Below, in pieces: positions 25,124-35,341 of a DNA stretch of 64,000 nt. The notes under the pieces were generated by a model. The model saw nothing but the letters and a program-made list of their open reading frames with translations. It was not told where the DNA came from and made no database searches. The DNA lies in NCBI GenBank assembly GCA_934699595.1, contig CAKUWT010000001.1, positions 135,839 through 199,838 of the forward strand. The letters run 5' to 3'. The number at the start of each line of letters is the position of its first letter. The stretch's first letter is position 1. The stretch is from an uncultured Patescibacteria group bacterium. Its GTDB lineage: Bacteria > Patescibacteriota > Minisyncoccia > Phycocordibacterales > UBA918. The position numbers and the translations under genes were made by a program.

Positions 25124-27532
25124 ATGTCATACGAAGAATTCCGCCGCCGCATTGATACCGCTCGTCAGATCCTGGTCGGCGCCGTACCATCACCAGCTGG
25201 GCAGATCGACCAGATCACCTATGCGCTGATGTACAAATTTATGAACGACATAGACGACAAGTCTGCCTCGCTCGGTGGCAAGCGGAGCTATTTCACTGGC
25301 GAATACGCTCAGTACAACTGGCACAACCTAATGTCGGCCAGTCTCGGTGCACAGGAGCGTCTTGAATTATATCGTCAAGCCATCCAGACCATGACTAAAA
25401 ACCCTGCCTTGCCGCCGATGTTTCGTGAGATTTATCAAAATGCCTTTTTGCCGTTTAATTCTGCCAATGTCTTGACGCTATTCCTCAAAGAGATCGACAA
25501 ATTCAACCACGGCGAAAGTGATGACATCGGCGACGCCTACGAGTACCTGTTATCAATCACTGGCGCTCAGGGCGACGTCGGTCAGTTCCGTACACCGCGT
25601 CACATCATCAAATTTATCGTCGAGGTCGTAAATCCGAGAAAAACCGATACCGTACTCGATCCAGCCTGTGGCACCGCTGGCTTTTTGATCTCCGCTTATA
25701 GTCATGTCCGCGCCCAGCACGACGGTGTCGACGCCGAAGGCAAGCCTAACGACGAAAAGCGCCTATCTGCCGACGAACTCGACAAAATCCACCACAACTA
25801 CCGTGGCTTCGACATCGACCCTACTATGGTGCGCACTGCGAAGGTCAATCTATATCTGCATGGTTTTAAAACTCCAGAAATCATCAACCACGACTCCTTA
25901 AGTAGTGAAGATTACTGGAACGAACGTTACGACGTCATCCTGGCTAATCCGCCATTTATGACACCAAAAGGCGGCATCCAGCCGCACAAAAAGTTTAGTA
26001 TTTCTGCCAACCGCGCCGAGGTGCTGTTTGTCGACTATATCGCCAGCCACCTCAAGCCAACCGGCCGCGCCGGTATCGTCGTACCAGAGGGTATTATCTT
26101 TCAGAGCGGCAAAGCGTACAAAGAACTGCGAAAAAACCTAGTCGAAAATTACTTGTATGCTGTCGTCAGCCTACCTGCTGGCGTATTCCAACCTTACAGT
26201 GGTGTCAAAACCAGCGTGTTATTACTTGACAAAGAACTCGCTAAGCAGCGCGACAAGATACTATTCATAAAAATTGAAAAAGACGGCTTTAGTCTTGGCG
26301 CTCAACGAGCAAAGTTGTGTGAAGATAGCGGCAATCACCCAAATCTTTGCCCTCAACACAGCGACCTACCACATGCACTTCATGATTTAGCTGCGTTCAA
26401 GGCCGGCCAAGAATTTGCAAGTGAGCTTGCGCACAGTGTGCTACGTAGCAAAATTGCGGAAAGTGGTGACTACAACTTGAGTGGCGATCGATACAAAATC
26501 GTTACAAATAGTAATCTTGACGTCGAATTTATTGAATTGGGTGAAGTAGCCGAGGTGTATCAGCCAAAGACAATTACCTCTAAGGAGGTAAAAGACGAAG
26601 GAGAGTATAAGGTCTTTGGAGCGAATGGCGTAATCGGATACTATAGTCAGTACAATCACGAGCATGCAGAAGTAGCTGTGACTTGCCGGGGGGCAACCTG
26701 CGGAACAGTGAACTATACTGAACCGAAGAGCTGGATTACTGGAAACGCTATGGTTATTTCACCAAAGAATAGCAATAATCTAAACAAGAGATTCTTATAC
26801 TATATTTTGCAGAACGACTCAATCAAAAACGTCATTAGTGGCTCTGCCCAGCCGCAAATTACTCGAAGTTCACTAGCTCCATTCAAAATCCCACTCCCTC
26901 CAATCGAAATCCAGCGCGAAATCGTCGCCGAACTCGACGGCTACCAAAAAATCATCGACGCCGCCCAAACTATCGTCCAAACCTACAAACCCACCATCAA
27001 GATAAATCCGGAATGGGACATGAGGCTGATTGGGGAAATTGCCGAAGTACGTAAAGGAAGCGCAGTTACGAAGGCGCAGATTAATCCAGGTGGCTCGGTA
27101 CCTGTTGTTGCAGGCGGACAAAAGCCTGCCTATTACCACAATGTATCCAACCGTGAGCCAGACGTAATCACTATCAGCGCGTCGGGAGCATACGCAGGCT
27201 TTGTGAATTACTGGACGGAACCCATCTTCGCTTCAGACTGCTCCACGATTCAAGCAATAGACGACAAAAGAGCTCTGAACAGGTACATTTTTGAGTCACT
27301 CAAGAGCCTTCAGGGCGATATATACAAACTCCAGATGGGTGGAGGACAACCTCACGTCTACCCAAAGGATATTGTAAAAATAAGCATCCCACTCCCACCA
27401 ATCGAAATCCAACGCGAAATCGTCGCCGAACTTGAAGCCGAACAAAAACTCATCGATGCCAACAAAAAACTCATCGAAATCTACCAACAAAAAATCAAAT
27501 CCAAAATCGCCGAGGTCTGGGGAGAATCATAA
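25124..27532 (+). CDS. Fused type I methyltransferase and specificity subunit (HsdM-HsdS single polypeptide)
   Basis: Residues about 1-460 form the HsdM_N helical domain plus the N6-adenine MTase (LDPACGTAGFL and NPPF motifs). Residues about 465-802 form two short target-recognition domains, each ending in the HsdS conserved repeat IPLPPIEIQREIVAEL. Confidence 0.8.
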   Translation: MSYEEFRRRIDTARQILVGAVPSPAGQIDQITYALMYKFMNDIDDKSASLGGKRSYFTGEYAQYNWHNLMSASLGAQERLELYRQAIQTMTKNPALPPMFREIYQNAFLPFNSANVLTLFLKEIDKFNHGESDDIGDAYEYLLSITGAQGDVGQFRTPRHIIKFIVEVVNPRKTDTVLDPACGTAGFLISAYSHVRAQHDGVDAEGKPNDEKRLSADELDKIHHNYRGFDIDPTMVRTAKVNLYLHGFKTPEIINHDSLSSEDYWNERYDVILANPPFMTPKGGIQPHKKFSISANRAEVLFVDYIASHLKPTGRAGIVVPEGIIFQSGKAYKELRKNLVENYLYAVVSLPAGVFQPYSGVKTSVLLLDKELAKQRDKILFIKIEKDGFSLGAQRAKLCEDSGNHPNLCPQHSDLPHALHDLAAFKAGQEFASELAHSVLRSKIAESGDYNLSGDRYKIVTNSNLDVEFIELGEVAEVYQPKTITSKEVKDEGEYKVFGANGVIGYYSQYNHEHAEVAVTCRGATCGTVNYTEPKSWITGNAMVISPKNSNNLNKRFLYYILQNDSIKNVISGSAQPQITRSSLAPFKIPLPPIEIQREIVAELDGYQKIIDAAQTIVQTYKPTIKINPEWDMRLIGEIAEVRKGSAVTKAQINPGGSVPVVAGGQKPAYYHNVSNREPDVITISASGAYAGFVNYWTEPIFASDCSTIQAIDDKRALNRYIFESLKSLQGDIYKLQMGGGQPHVYPKDIVKISIPLPPIEIQREIVAELEAEQKLIDANKKLIEIYQQKIKSKIAEVWGES
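26885..26940 (+). repeat. HsdS conserved-region direct repeat, copy 1
   Basis: About 56 bp, roughly 90% identical to 27384..27440 (ATCCCACTCCCTCCAATCGAAATCCAGCGCGAAATCGTCGCCGAACTCGACGG). Confidence 0.6.
27384..27440 (+). repeat. HsdS conserved-region direct repeat, copy 2
   Basis: Direct repeat of 26885..26940 inside the same ORF. Confidence 0.6.
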
Positions 27533-27980
27533 TCCAATAGAACACGCAGGTACGACCTATCTAAGAGTAAATCAAGTGTACACAGTCTTCAATTTTTAGA
27601 AATCTCCTCTCCTGCCTCTGTGGCCATAGTCCAGCCGAACTACAGCGATACGCAACAACGAATAAGTGTCGGGCATAACTTCAACATCCTGACCGTGAGT
27701 TTACTCATCAGTGAATGACTGCGATTTCTGCACTCCTCACCCTTTCATCCTTTCACATCTGAAGTTAAGATCAGGACAGGAAACCTTTTGTAACTTGTAG
27801 ATGATTCGATAAAATACCGGCAATACTTTTTATTCTTTATCATGTTTATCAGTATTCTGGAGTTATGTGACAAATTTCACGTAATTAAAAGGTGCGTAGT
27901 CTATAGACAACAGCGATTGAGAGTGGTACTTTTAAATTGAGGGTCGAAGAATGAAATTATTAATCTAATCAAATATATAT

Positions 27981-28181
27981 ATGCTTAGATGGTCATTAGT
28001 CTTCCTTATAGTTGCGGCAATCGCGGGCGTACTAGGTTTCACATCAGTGGCCGGTGCCGCTATTGGTATTGCCAAAGTATTATTCTTTATCTTCCTGGTT
28101 CTGTTTGTCATTACTCTTGTTCTCGGAATCGCTGCCGGGAAGGGTATTAAAAGCGGAGTTGATAATCTGCTTGATCGGTAG
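27981..28181 (+). CDS. UPF0391 / DUF1328 small membrane protein
   Basis: 66 aa with two TM helices. The signature is [34 protein letters not shown]. Confidence 0.7.
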   Translation: MLRWSLVFLIVAAIAGVLGFTSVAGAAIGIAKVLFFIFLVLFVITLVLGIAAGKGIKSGVDNLLDR

Positions 28182-28259
28182 GTAAAAACCCTACTCCACC
28201 TACTCTAATAAAAGTCTGCGGACTTTCCTTTTAGGAAGAAAACTATAATTTGAAATGAG

Positions 28260-28294
28260 ATAGCCACGAGTTTCTGACTTGTGGCTATTTTTAT
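28260..28294 (+). terminator. Rho-independent terminator
   Basis: ATAGCCAC-N13-GTGGCTAT followed by ttttatt. Confidence 0.5.
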
Positions 28295-28392
28295 TATTTA
28301 ATTTTAAGAGAGTAGCTTTGGGTTGGTAGCATTTTCTCTATTGTTGTTGATAATCCAATTACCGCTCTTGAGGACGGTAGAACAGTGAATAA

Positions 28393-29664
28393 TCAGCCAA
28401 CCTCTCCGCCTGCCACCATGCCTGTGGTCCAGCAGAGCTGGAGGGAGTAGCCGCCTGAAGGGCGGCGAATATTAAGCAAGTCTCCAGTCACTAAAAGATT
28501 CTGATACTGCTTCACCCGCATGGTGCGCATATCTACTGCCTCTAAATCTAATCCGCCGTCGGTAATTACCGCTCGTTTAAATCCCATCAAAGACAAAATT
28601 GTCAAGGGTAAGGCTTTCAAAGTACTACCAGTCTCCCGCCTCTCTGCTACTGTAATACTATGTACCTTCTTGTCTCCGTCCACCCCAGAGAAGAGTGGCA
28701 GCATGGCGGCACCCGCGCCTAATGGGCCAAACTCATTAAAGATGTTTTTGAGATTTTTGTTTTTATGGACGGCAAAGACGGCTTGTAATTTTTGATCAAG
28801 AGTATGGTCGTCAAGCTCGGGATAGATATCTATCGTAGCTGTCACTTCTCCCTCCTCTAGCAAATCTTTTACGCGGGTAGCGGCGTTTAAAATTAGTGGT
28901 CCGGAAATGCCAAAATGCGTGCAGAGTATGTCCCCTCGCAAGGTAAAGCGACGCTTTTGGTCAACAAAAAAACTAATCCGCACATCTTTCAATGTGGTAC
29001 CAGCTAGTTTTTTCACCCACTCCTCCTTTACCTGAAGCGGTACTACCGAGGGTGAGGGCTCGGAAACAGGCAAACCTAGGTCTCGCAGCCAAGTAAAGCC
29101 GTCACCTGTTGAGCCAGTCTCTGGATGAGACAGGCCGCCTGTCGCCAATAAATAATTCCTAGCGGTAAGAGTCTCTTTGCCTACCTGCACACCCGTCACC
29201 TGCTTATCGGTATGAGTAATTTTGGTCACCGCTGTATTGAGGCGCACCTCTACTCCACCAGCTTTTAGGTAATCATGCAGCACTAGAAACACATCAGCAG
29301 CACGCTCACTAACCGGAAATACTCGCTGCCGGTCTTCAGTCTTGAGCGGTAAACCACGCTCGGTAAACCACTTCATCGTCGCCCGGTTACCAAACTTAGT
29401 AAAAGCTGAAAAAAGGTACTTCCCCGCTGCACCATAATGAGCGAGGAGTTGATGAATATCGGTCTCAGCGTTGGTAATATTACATCGTCCGCCGCCAGTG
29501 ATTTTGAGCTTCTGACCTAGTTCGGCGTTTTTCTCCAGGAGGAGAACGCGTGCGCCGCCTGCGGCGGCGCACGCGGCAGCCATCATCCCCGAAGCGCCAC
29601 CACCCACCACGATCAAGTAGTACGGCTCACCCCCCTTCGTACCCTTTATCCCCGCTTTTTGCAT
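28393..29664 (-). CDS. NAD(P)/FAD-dependent oxidoreductase, HI0933/BaiN-like flavoprotein
   Basis: The N-terminal Rossmann motif is VVGGGASGMMAA. The LLEKN...GGGRCN motif is typical of the HI0933 family. Confidence 0.75.
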   Translation of the reverse strand: MQKAGIKGTKGGEPYYLIVVGGGASGMMAAACAAAGGARVLLLEKNAELGQKLKITGGGRCNITNAETDIHQLLAHYGAAGKYLFSAFTKFGNRATMKWFTERGLPLKTEDRQRVFPVSERAADVFLVLHDYLKAGGVEVRLNTAVTKITHTDKQVTGVQVGKETLTARNYLLATGGLSHPETGSTGDGFTWLRDLGLPVSEPSPSVVPLQVKEEWVKKLAGTTLKDVRISFFVDQKRRFTLRGDILCTHFGISGPLILNAATRVKDLLEEGEVTATIDIYPELDDHTLDQKLQAVFAVHKNKNLKNIFNEFGPLGAGAAMLPLFSGVDGDKKVHSITVAERRETGSTLKALPLTILSLMGFKRAVITDGGLDLEAVDMRTMRVKQYQNLLVTGDLLNIRRPSGGYSLQLCWTTGMVAGGEVG

Positions 29665-29807
29665 GCGGAGATTATAGCATTTTACTCCCCAATTACCTCA
29701 GCAAGCGGGAGCGCTGACTCTCTACAAGCAAGACCAAAAACCAGAATGAGTTACCCCAAAAGCGCCAAAGCCTTGGCAGATTTCACCAACAGGCGTATGC
29801 TAAATAT

Positions 29808-30410
29808 ATGATGCACTGGACTTATCGTCACTGGTATCAAGTGGGTATGATCTTCGCCCTGGCGATCGCTGTTTTTCTAGCTATCCATTACCAAGAGATT
29901 GACCCTTTTAAGATAATCCTCCTCCTCAGTCTCATCACTCTATTTCTGCATCAGTTTGAAGAATATCAATGGCCGGGCGGCTTCCCGCAGATGGTAAACG
30001 CCGTAATGTTTAAGAGTCCGCAGCCGCGGCGCTACCCGCTTAACCCCCGCACAGCTTTTATTATCAATGTCGGTCTGGGTTGGAGCGCGTATCTGCTGGC
30101 TTTTATTTTTGCCAGTAGCGCCGTATGGTTGGCGGTGGCGACCATCGTGGTCTCGCTCGGTAATTTTTTCGCACACACTTTTTTATTCAACCTTAAGGGC
30201 CACAGTTACTATAATCCCGGTATGGCCACCGCAGCTCTGCTCTTCCTACCACTCACAATTTACTTCTTTATCTTTGGCATCCAGCACGGACTGTTCACCA
30301 CTACCAACCTTCTGGTTGGCATCCTGTTGGGAGCGGCCCTCAACTACTTCGGCGTAATTAAACTCATTACCCTTTTGGCGAAGAAATCACCAGACCGTGA
30401 ATATGTGTAA
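29808..30410 (+). CDS. HXXEE domain-containing membrane protein
   Basis: HQFEEY matches the HXXEE motif. There are 5-6 TM helices. Confidence 0.6.
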   Translation: MMHWTYRHWYQVGMIFALAIAVFLAIHYQEIDPFKIILLLSLITLFLHQFEEYQWPGGFPQMVNAVMFKSPQPRRYPLNPRTAFIINVGLGWSAYLLAFIFASSAVWLAVATIVVSLGNFFAHTFLFNLKGHSYYNPGMATAALLFLPLTIYFFIFGIQHGLFTTTNLLVGILLGAALNYFGVIKLITLLAKKSPDREYV

Positions 30411-30434
30411 GGAAAATGCTAAAATATATAGTAT

Positions 30435-30794
30435 ATGAAACCCCTTACTCCAGAAGAGAAATACGTCATTATTGACAAAGGTACCGAACGCCCCGGCACA
30501 GGAGCGCTGCTTGATGAAGGCCGTCTTGGCACCTACCATTGTCGTCAGTGTGGCGCCCCTCTGTACTCATCTACCAGTAAGTTTCACGCTGGTTGTGGTT
30601 GGCCCAGTTTTGATGAAGAGATTCCTGAAGCAGTCACTCGCACCCTGGACGCTGACGGGCAACGAACGGAAATTACCTGTGCCAAATGTGATGGTCATCT
30701 TGGTCACGTTTTTATCGGGGAGCAATTTACTGATAAAAATACTCGTCATTGTGTAAACTCAGTCTCTCTCGAGTTTATCCCTAAAGTTATTTGA
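30435..30794 (+). CDS. msrB: Peptide-methionine (R)-S-oxide reductase MsrB
   Basis: CxxC...CxxC zinc site, GCGWPSF, and the catalytic RHCVNS. Confidence 0.9.
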   Translation: MKPLTPEEKYVIIDKGTERPGTGALLDEGRLGTYHCRQCGAPLYSSTSKFHAGCGWPSFDEEIPEAVTRTLDADGQRTEITCAKCDGHLGHVFIGEQFTDKNTRHCVNSVSLEFIPKVI

Positions 30795-30863
30795 TTTTGA
30801 AAGTTAACTTTAGCCGAGCTCGAGACTACCACGATAAGTTATAATAAAAATAACTTTGCATTC

Positions 30864-32297
30864 ATGACAATCTTTTGGACACTCTGGATAATCTTAGAAT
30901 GGAGTCTGAGAGTCTTGGCAGTCTTTGTGGTGCCACGCAACCGTGAGCCAAACTCCAGTATTATTTGGCTACTGATCATTTTCGCTTTCCCGCCTGTTGG
31001 TTTTGTTATTTATCTGGTTTTTGGCTTTTCCTCCTTACCAAAACACCGCTGTGAAGATCAGGCCACTCTCAGTGAACAAATAAGTGAGTTAATCAAAAAT
31101 TCTACCTTAGGAAAACAGATTAATCCCCCAGCTAAATACCGCGAGCTTGTTGCCCTAGCCGAAACACTTACTCACCTTCCCCTCTTTGCAAAAAATCATC
31201 TAGAGCCGATTACTGGCTACCAAGCGGCTATAGACACTCTAGTTACCGACATAAACGAGGCCAGATATTATGTCCATTTGGAGTATTACATTATCGCGCT
31301 CGACGAAACAACCGAGCCGGTAATTAAAGCTCTCGAGCGAGCAGCCAAACGAGGAGTAACCGTGCGGGTATTATATGACTGGTACGGCACTCTCAAATTC
31401 AAACGTCGCCGCGAATTACTTAAACGCCTGCAACACAGCGGCATCAGTGTCGCTTCTATGTTGCCGCCCACTTGGCCGGGAAGAAATTACGTTCGTCCCG
31501 ACCTACGCAATCACCGCAAAATCGCTGTGATTGATGGCGTTATTAGTCATACTGGATCGCTTAACCTTATTGCACGTAACTATCATCGCCGCGACAATTT
31601 AGTTTACGACGAACTCACCCTCCGATTGGTCGGACCCATCACTTTACAACTAGAGGGAATTTTTACTACCGACTGGTTTGTGGAAACGGGTGAGCTCATC
31701 AAAGACTATAATCTAACTCGTCGCTTTGATAAGACTAAGTACAGAGAAAGCACAGCGCACGTGATTCCCAGCGGCCCTGGGTACGACTATGATAATAACC
31801 TGAAAATCATTACCGCCGCCCTATATCACGCTCGTCAATCTATTACTATTGTTAATCCTTATTTAGTACCAGAAGAGTCGCTCAGCCAAGCCTTGATCAG
31901 TGCCGCCCAGCGCGGTATCACTGTCACCGTCATTAATTCTGAAATTAAAGACCAATTACTGGTTGCCCACGCACAACGTTCTTACTACGAAGCCTTACTC
32001 AAGGCGGGTGTTAAAATTTATCTTTACCGATCTCCAGTTTTACTACACTCTAAGTATTTACTAATTGACGACGATATGGCCTTAGTTGGCTCTAGTAATA
32101 TGGATATTCGCTCTTTTCAACTCAATCACGAATTGTCAGTAATTACTTATGATAAGAATGTAGTAGCCCAGCTACAAACTATCACCGACAACTACCTCCG
32201 TCGTACTATTTTTTTAGATAAAAACATTTGGCTCAGTCGTCCCGCCCATAAGAAATTATTAGACAATATCGCACGATTAACCTCTTCAATTCAGTAG
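30864..32297 (+). CDS. cls: Cardiolipin synthase (PLD superfamily)
   Basis: Two N-terminal TM helices and two HKD motifs (NHRKIAVIDG..., LHSKYLLIDD...). Confidence 0.85.
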   Translation: MTIFWTLWIILEWSLRVLAVFVVPRNREPNSSIIWLLIIFAFPPVGFVIYLVFGFSSLPKHRCEDQATLSEQISELIKNSTLGKQINPPAKYRELVALAETLTHLPLFAKNHLEPITGYQAAIDTLVTDINEARYYVHLEYYIIALDETTEPVIKALERAAKRGVTVRVLYDWYGTLKFKRRRELLKRLQHSGISVASMLPPTWPGRNYVRPDLRNHRKIAVIDGVISHTGSLNLIARNYHRRDNLVYDELTLRLVGPITLQLEGIFTTDWFVETGELIKDYNLTRRFDKTKYRESTAHVIPSGPGYDYDNNLKIITAALYHARQSITIVNPYLVPEESLSQALISAAQRGITVTVINSEIKDQLLVAHAQRSYYEALLKAGVKIYLYRSPVLLHSKYLLIDDDMALVGSSNMDIRSFQLNHELSVITYDKNVVAQLQTITDNYLRRTIFLDKNIWLSRPAHKKLLDNIARLTSSIQ

Positions 32298-32365
32298 TCA
32301 CCCCACTGCAAAGAGTTAACCCCCCGAGAAGTAAACAAATGAAGGAGGTAAGGTTGGTACAAACA

Positions 32366-32388
32366 GTGGGCGGCCTGCGGCCGCCCAC
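32366..32388. terminator. Bidirectional hairpin between convergent cls and glycosylase genes
   Basis: GTGGGCGGCC-tgc-GGCCGCCCAC, a perfect 10-bp stem. Confidence 0.5.
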
Positions 32389-32427
32389 CGTTTGTAAAAA
32401 GGTTAACCCAACGCAGAAGTGGGTGAC

Positions 32428-33096
32428 CTACTCAGAGTCACTCTCCACAGCTTTCGGCAAATTGTGGAGCGACTCCCACAAATACAAACTCGCTATTGAA
32501 CGATACGGTCGCCACTGATCCGCGATTGCCAACAAGTCTGCTTTAGTCCAACCAGCGATTAGCTCCTTAGCTAATCGCTGATCCATCTTTTGTTTTTTGG
32601 GTGCCGCATAATGATTGACCACAGCTTGCTGCAACCCTCGGTCCCCAACTGAAAACACATCTGGCCGTCCGAGCGTAAAAAGTAGAAACATTTCCGCCGT
32701 CCAGGTGCCGATACCGACAATCTTGGTCAACTCAGTAATCACGTCCTCATCACTAAGTTCCTCTAAGTGGGTGAAAATCTCGGGTTTAGTTAAAAAGTGC
32801 TGTGACAAGGCTTCTAAGTAACGTTTTTTCTGACGTGATAAACCAATTACTTTAGCTTGCTCCACAGTCAAATCCTTAATAACATCTAAATCAAGACCAG
32901 TAACAGTTTGTAAGCGTGAAAAAGTTTTAGCAGCGGAGTGGGTGGACACTTGCTGACCAATAATGGAGCGCGCCAAACTACGAAAATAATCCCCATTATG
33001 GTTATCCCTTGGCGTAAGTGGCAAATTATCTTTAATAATTTTCCGCATAATTGAATCACGCTCACTAAGATACTTTTCTGCCACTAGGTATGTCAT
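32428..33096 (-). CDS. HhH-GPD family DNA glycosylase (AlkA / 3-methyladenine glycosylase II-like)
   Basis: The HhH-GPD motif is VGIGTWTAEMFLLFTLGRPDVFSVGD, with a catalytic Asp. Confidence 0.7.
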   Translation of the reverse strand: MTYLVAEKYLSERDSIMRKIIKDNLPLTPRDNHNGDYFRSLARSIIGQQVSTHSAAKTFSRLQTVTGLDLDVIKDLTVEQAKVIGLSRQKKRYLEALSQHFLTKPEIFTHLEELSDEDVITELTKIVGIGTWTAEMFLLFTLGRPDVFSVGDRGLQQAVVNHYAAPKKQKMDQRLAKELIAGWTKADLLAIADQWRPYRSIASLYLWESLHNLPKAVESDSE

Positions 33097-33146
33097 GTAA
33101 TAAATCTAAACTAAAAGTCATTACCACGCAATGCTATAATTGCTTT

Positions 33147-33509
33147 ATGACTACCCTTAGGCAAAATTCGTGGCTAAAATATCTACTAATCATTGCGATC
33201 CTAATTGCCGCAATAGCTCTTACTGCTATCTTTACAAAAAATCGTAACCATAATATAGACATCACCGATTCAGAGACAAAGTCTACCCTCTCAACAGACA
33301 CTGATAAAAACCCTCACAGTGACATCACGGCTGATGAAGCTGAACGTATCGCCCTCGATGAGTTTGGCGGCACAGTCAAGGAGACCGAGAGCGACCACTA
33401 CCGTGGTGAGCCAGCTTGGGAAGTAGAAATATATGATAGTCGCGAGGGTCGAATTGAGGTTAAAGTTCATAAGCAATCTGGAGAAATTCTCCACTGGGAA
33501 AAGGACTAA
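33147..33509 (+). CDS. PepSY domain-containing membrane-anchored protein
   Basis: A TM helix is followed by ITADEAERIALDEFGGTVKETESDH...WEVEI...EVKVHKQSGEILHWEKD, which is PepSY-like. The start MTTLRQ was chosen to avoid overlap with the convergent gene. Confidence 0.6.
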   Translation: MTTLRQNSWLKYLLIIAILIAAIALTAIFTKNRNHNIDITDSETKSTLSTDTDKNPHSDITADEAERIALDEFGGTVKETESDHYRGEPAWEVEIYDSREGRIEVKVHKQSGEILHWEKD

Positions 33510-33530
33510 CCTCCTCAGTCACTAACCACC

Positions 33531-34598
33531 ATGATACAATCAACAGGTAACCACTTTGACATGCCCGAAGATACTCAAAAACTTTTACGCCGCCGACTAG
33601 GCGGACAAATTCACTTTAATGACGTTTTTAACGAACCGACTAACCTCCACACCATTGCCTGGTGGCAATTCACTGACTTTGACGCACCCTTGACGGTGCA
33701 GATGGAAAGTATGGGATTCCCCGATTTCTTTCCTGTTGCTATTGGCGGCCGACCCTGGTTCACCCCCTACGGACTCTTACTGGTAGACGATTTGCTCACC
33801 TCACGACTTACACGGCTATCTCGTGCTTATGATCTGCAAAAAATTCATCCAGATTTAGCGGCTGAATTAGAGGAAAGTCATCTAGCCCTAGGCATTATCG
33901 CCAATTACGCCCCTCGTGATGAAGCGAGTACCGCGCAGCAACAAAATGGAGCTAGCTTTTTTCTCGCTATCACCACCTCCGGCTTAGAAATTTACACCAC
34001 CCAGCTAGCTTTTCTTTCTAGCCTTGAAGCTCACGGACGCTTACTAAAACTGTACCGCATCCCCAATCAGAATCACCCAGAGTTTAATGGCGAACAAGAG
34101 CAGTTCCGTTCTGCACGTATCATTCGTAGTCGCCGCCATCCTGAACACCTGGAGTTACTTTTTGACTACCCAACTCTCCGGGAACGTCTCCAAGCCGTTA
34201 AAGACGGTAAACACCCCCCAATCATTCCCCCTCTTGCTGAGGGGCGGATCTCTTTTGTTGATAAGTTTGGCAATGTTAAATTAGAACTTCCTAACGTAGT
34301 CGAGTTTGACTCTCTACTAACCAATGAAGCAACAACTTTAGTAATTACAAATCAAGACAAGGTTCATGAATTATCAGTTATCATTACTACCGACCTAAAA
34401 TCCGCACCCTTAAATCAATTAGCTATTTACCGCAACACCTCAGATGTCATCGGTAATTATGCTGATTATTCACTGTTTGAATTAGTTGTGCGCACCGATG
34501 GCAATCCTACCCATTCCCAAAAAACTGCTGCCTATGAATTAGTAAAAAGGATTCCTAACCTCGATTTTGCCTCGGCCCAAATCAAACTAAAGTACTGA
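33531..34598 (+). CDS. Hypothetical protein (355 aa), likely co-transcribed with tdk
   Basis: Clean ORF ending 6 nt before the tdk start. I cannot assign a family with confidence. Confidence 0.5.
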   Translation: MIQSTGNHFDMPEDTQKLLRRRLGGQIHFNDVFNEPTNLHTIAWWQFTDFDAPLTVQMESMGFPDFFPVAIGGRPWFTPYGLLLVDDLLTSRLTRLSRAYDLQKIHPDLAAELEESHLALGIIANYAPRDEASTAQQQNGASFFLAITTSGLEIYTTQLAFLSSLEAHGRLLKLYRIPNQNHPEFNGEQEQFRSARIIRSRRHPEHLELLFDYPTLRERLQAVKDGKHPPIIPPLAEGRISFVDKFGNVKLELPNVVEFDSLLTNEATTLVITNQDKVHELSVIITTDLKSAPLNQLAIYRNTSDVIGNYADYSLFELVVRTDGNPTHSQKTAAYELVKRIPNLDFASAQIKLKY

Positions 34599-34603
34599 TA
34601 AAT

Positions 34604-35191
34604 ATGGCAAAACTTATTTTTAAATACGGCGCCATGAATAGTGGTAAGAGTGACTCTCTGATCAAAACCGCCTTTAATTACGAAGAGAGGGGTTTGAAGG
34701 TGGTGGTTATAAAATCATCTCTTGATACTAAGGGTGGTAAAAAAATTGTAGCCCGAGGCGGCCACAAGCGAGATATCGACATCTTAGCCAAATCAGACAC
34801 CAATCTGCAGTCGACTGTCCTCGACTACCAAAAAGATTATGGTTCACTTAACTGTATCTTGGTTGACGAGGCGCAATTTCTTACTCCGACCCAAGTCAAT
34901 CAACTATTTCGACTGACGAAGATTAATAACATCTCCACCATTGCGCATGGATTAAGGACCGACTTCCGTAACGAACTTTTTCCTGGCAGTCAGCAGTTAC
35001 TAGCATTGGCTGACAAAATCGAGAAGTTACCTACTATGTGTCACTGTGGTGCGCAGGCAGAATTTAACGCACGTAAAATTAATGGCGACTACGTATTTGT
35101 CGGTGAACAAATTGCTATTGATAACGAGACCAAGATTAGTTACGAGTCACTTTGTGGTAAGTGCTACTTAGAAGTAGGTGGGATTATTTAA
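34604..35191 (+). CDS. tdk: Thymidine kinase
   Basis: GAMNSGKS P-loop, VDEAQF, and the C-terminal CxxC...CxxC zinc ribbon. Confidence 0.9.
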   Translation: MAKLIFKYGAMNSGKSDSLIKTAFNYEERGLKVVVIKSSLDTKGGKKIVARGGHKRDIDILAKSDTNLQSTVLDYQKDYGSLNCILVDEAQFLTPTQVNQLFRLTKINNISTIAHGLRTDFRNELFPGSQQLLALADKIEKLPTMCHCGAQAEFNARKINGDYVFVGEQIAIDNETKISYESLCGKCYLEVGGII

Positions 35192-35312
35192 AACAGCCTA
35201 ACGACAGGGGGCTGCGAGTGAAATAGCTTTGCTATTTCACTCGCAGTCCGTCACTATCGCACTAACATCACTCACCCTTCTTCCACAAATCTTTTTAGTA
35301 AATTAAATATAT

Positions 35313-35341
35313 AAAACCGCGGTCGCCCGCGGTTTTATATT
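35313..35341. terminator. Bidirectional intrinsic terminator
   Basis: aaaaCCGCGG-tcgcc-CGCGGtttta. Confidence 0.55.

Noticed and set aside
26885-27440. Possible CRISPR-like repeat pair
   Set aside because: Only two copies exist, inside a continuous ORF, encoding the HsdS conserved peptide repeat. There is no array architecture.
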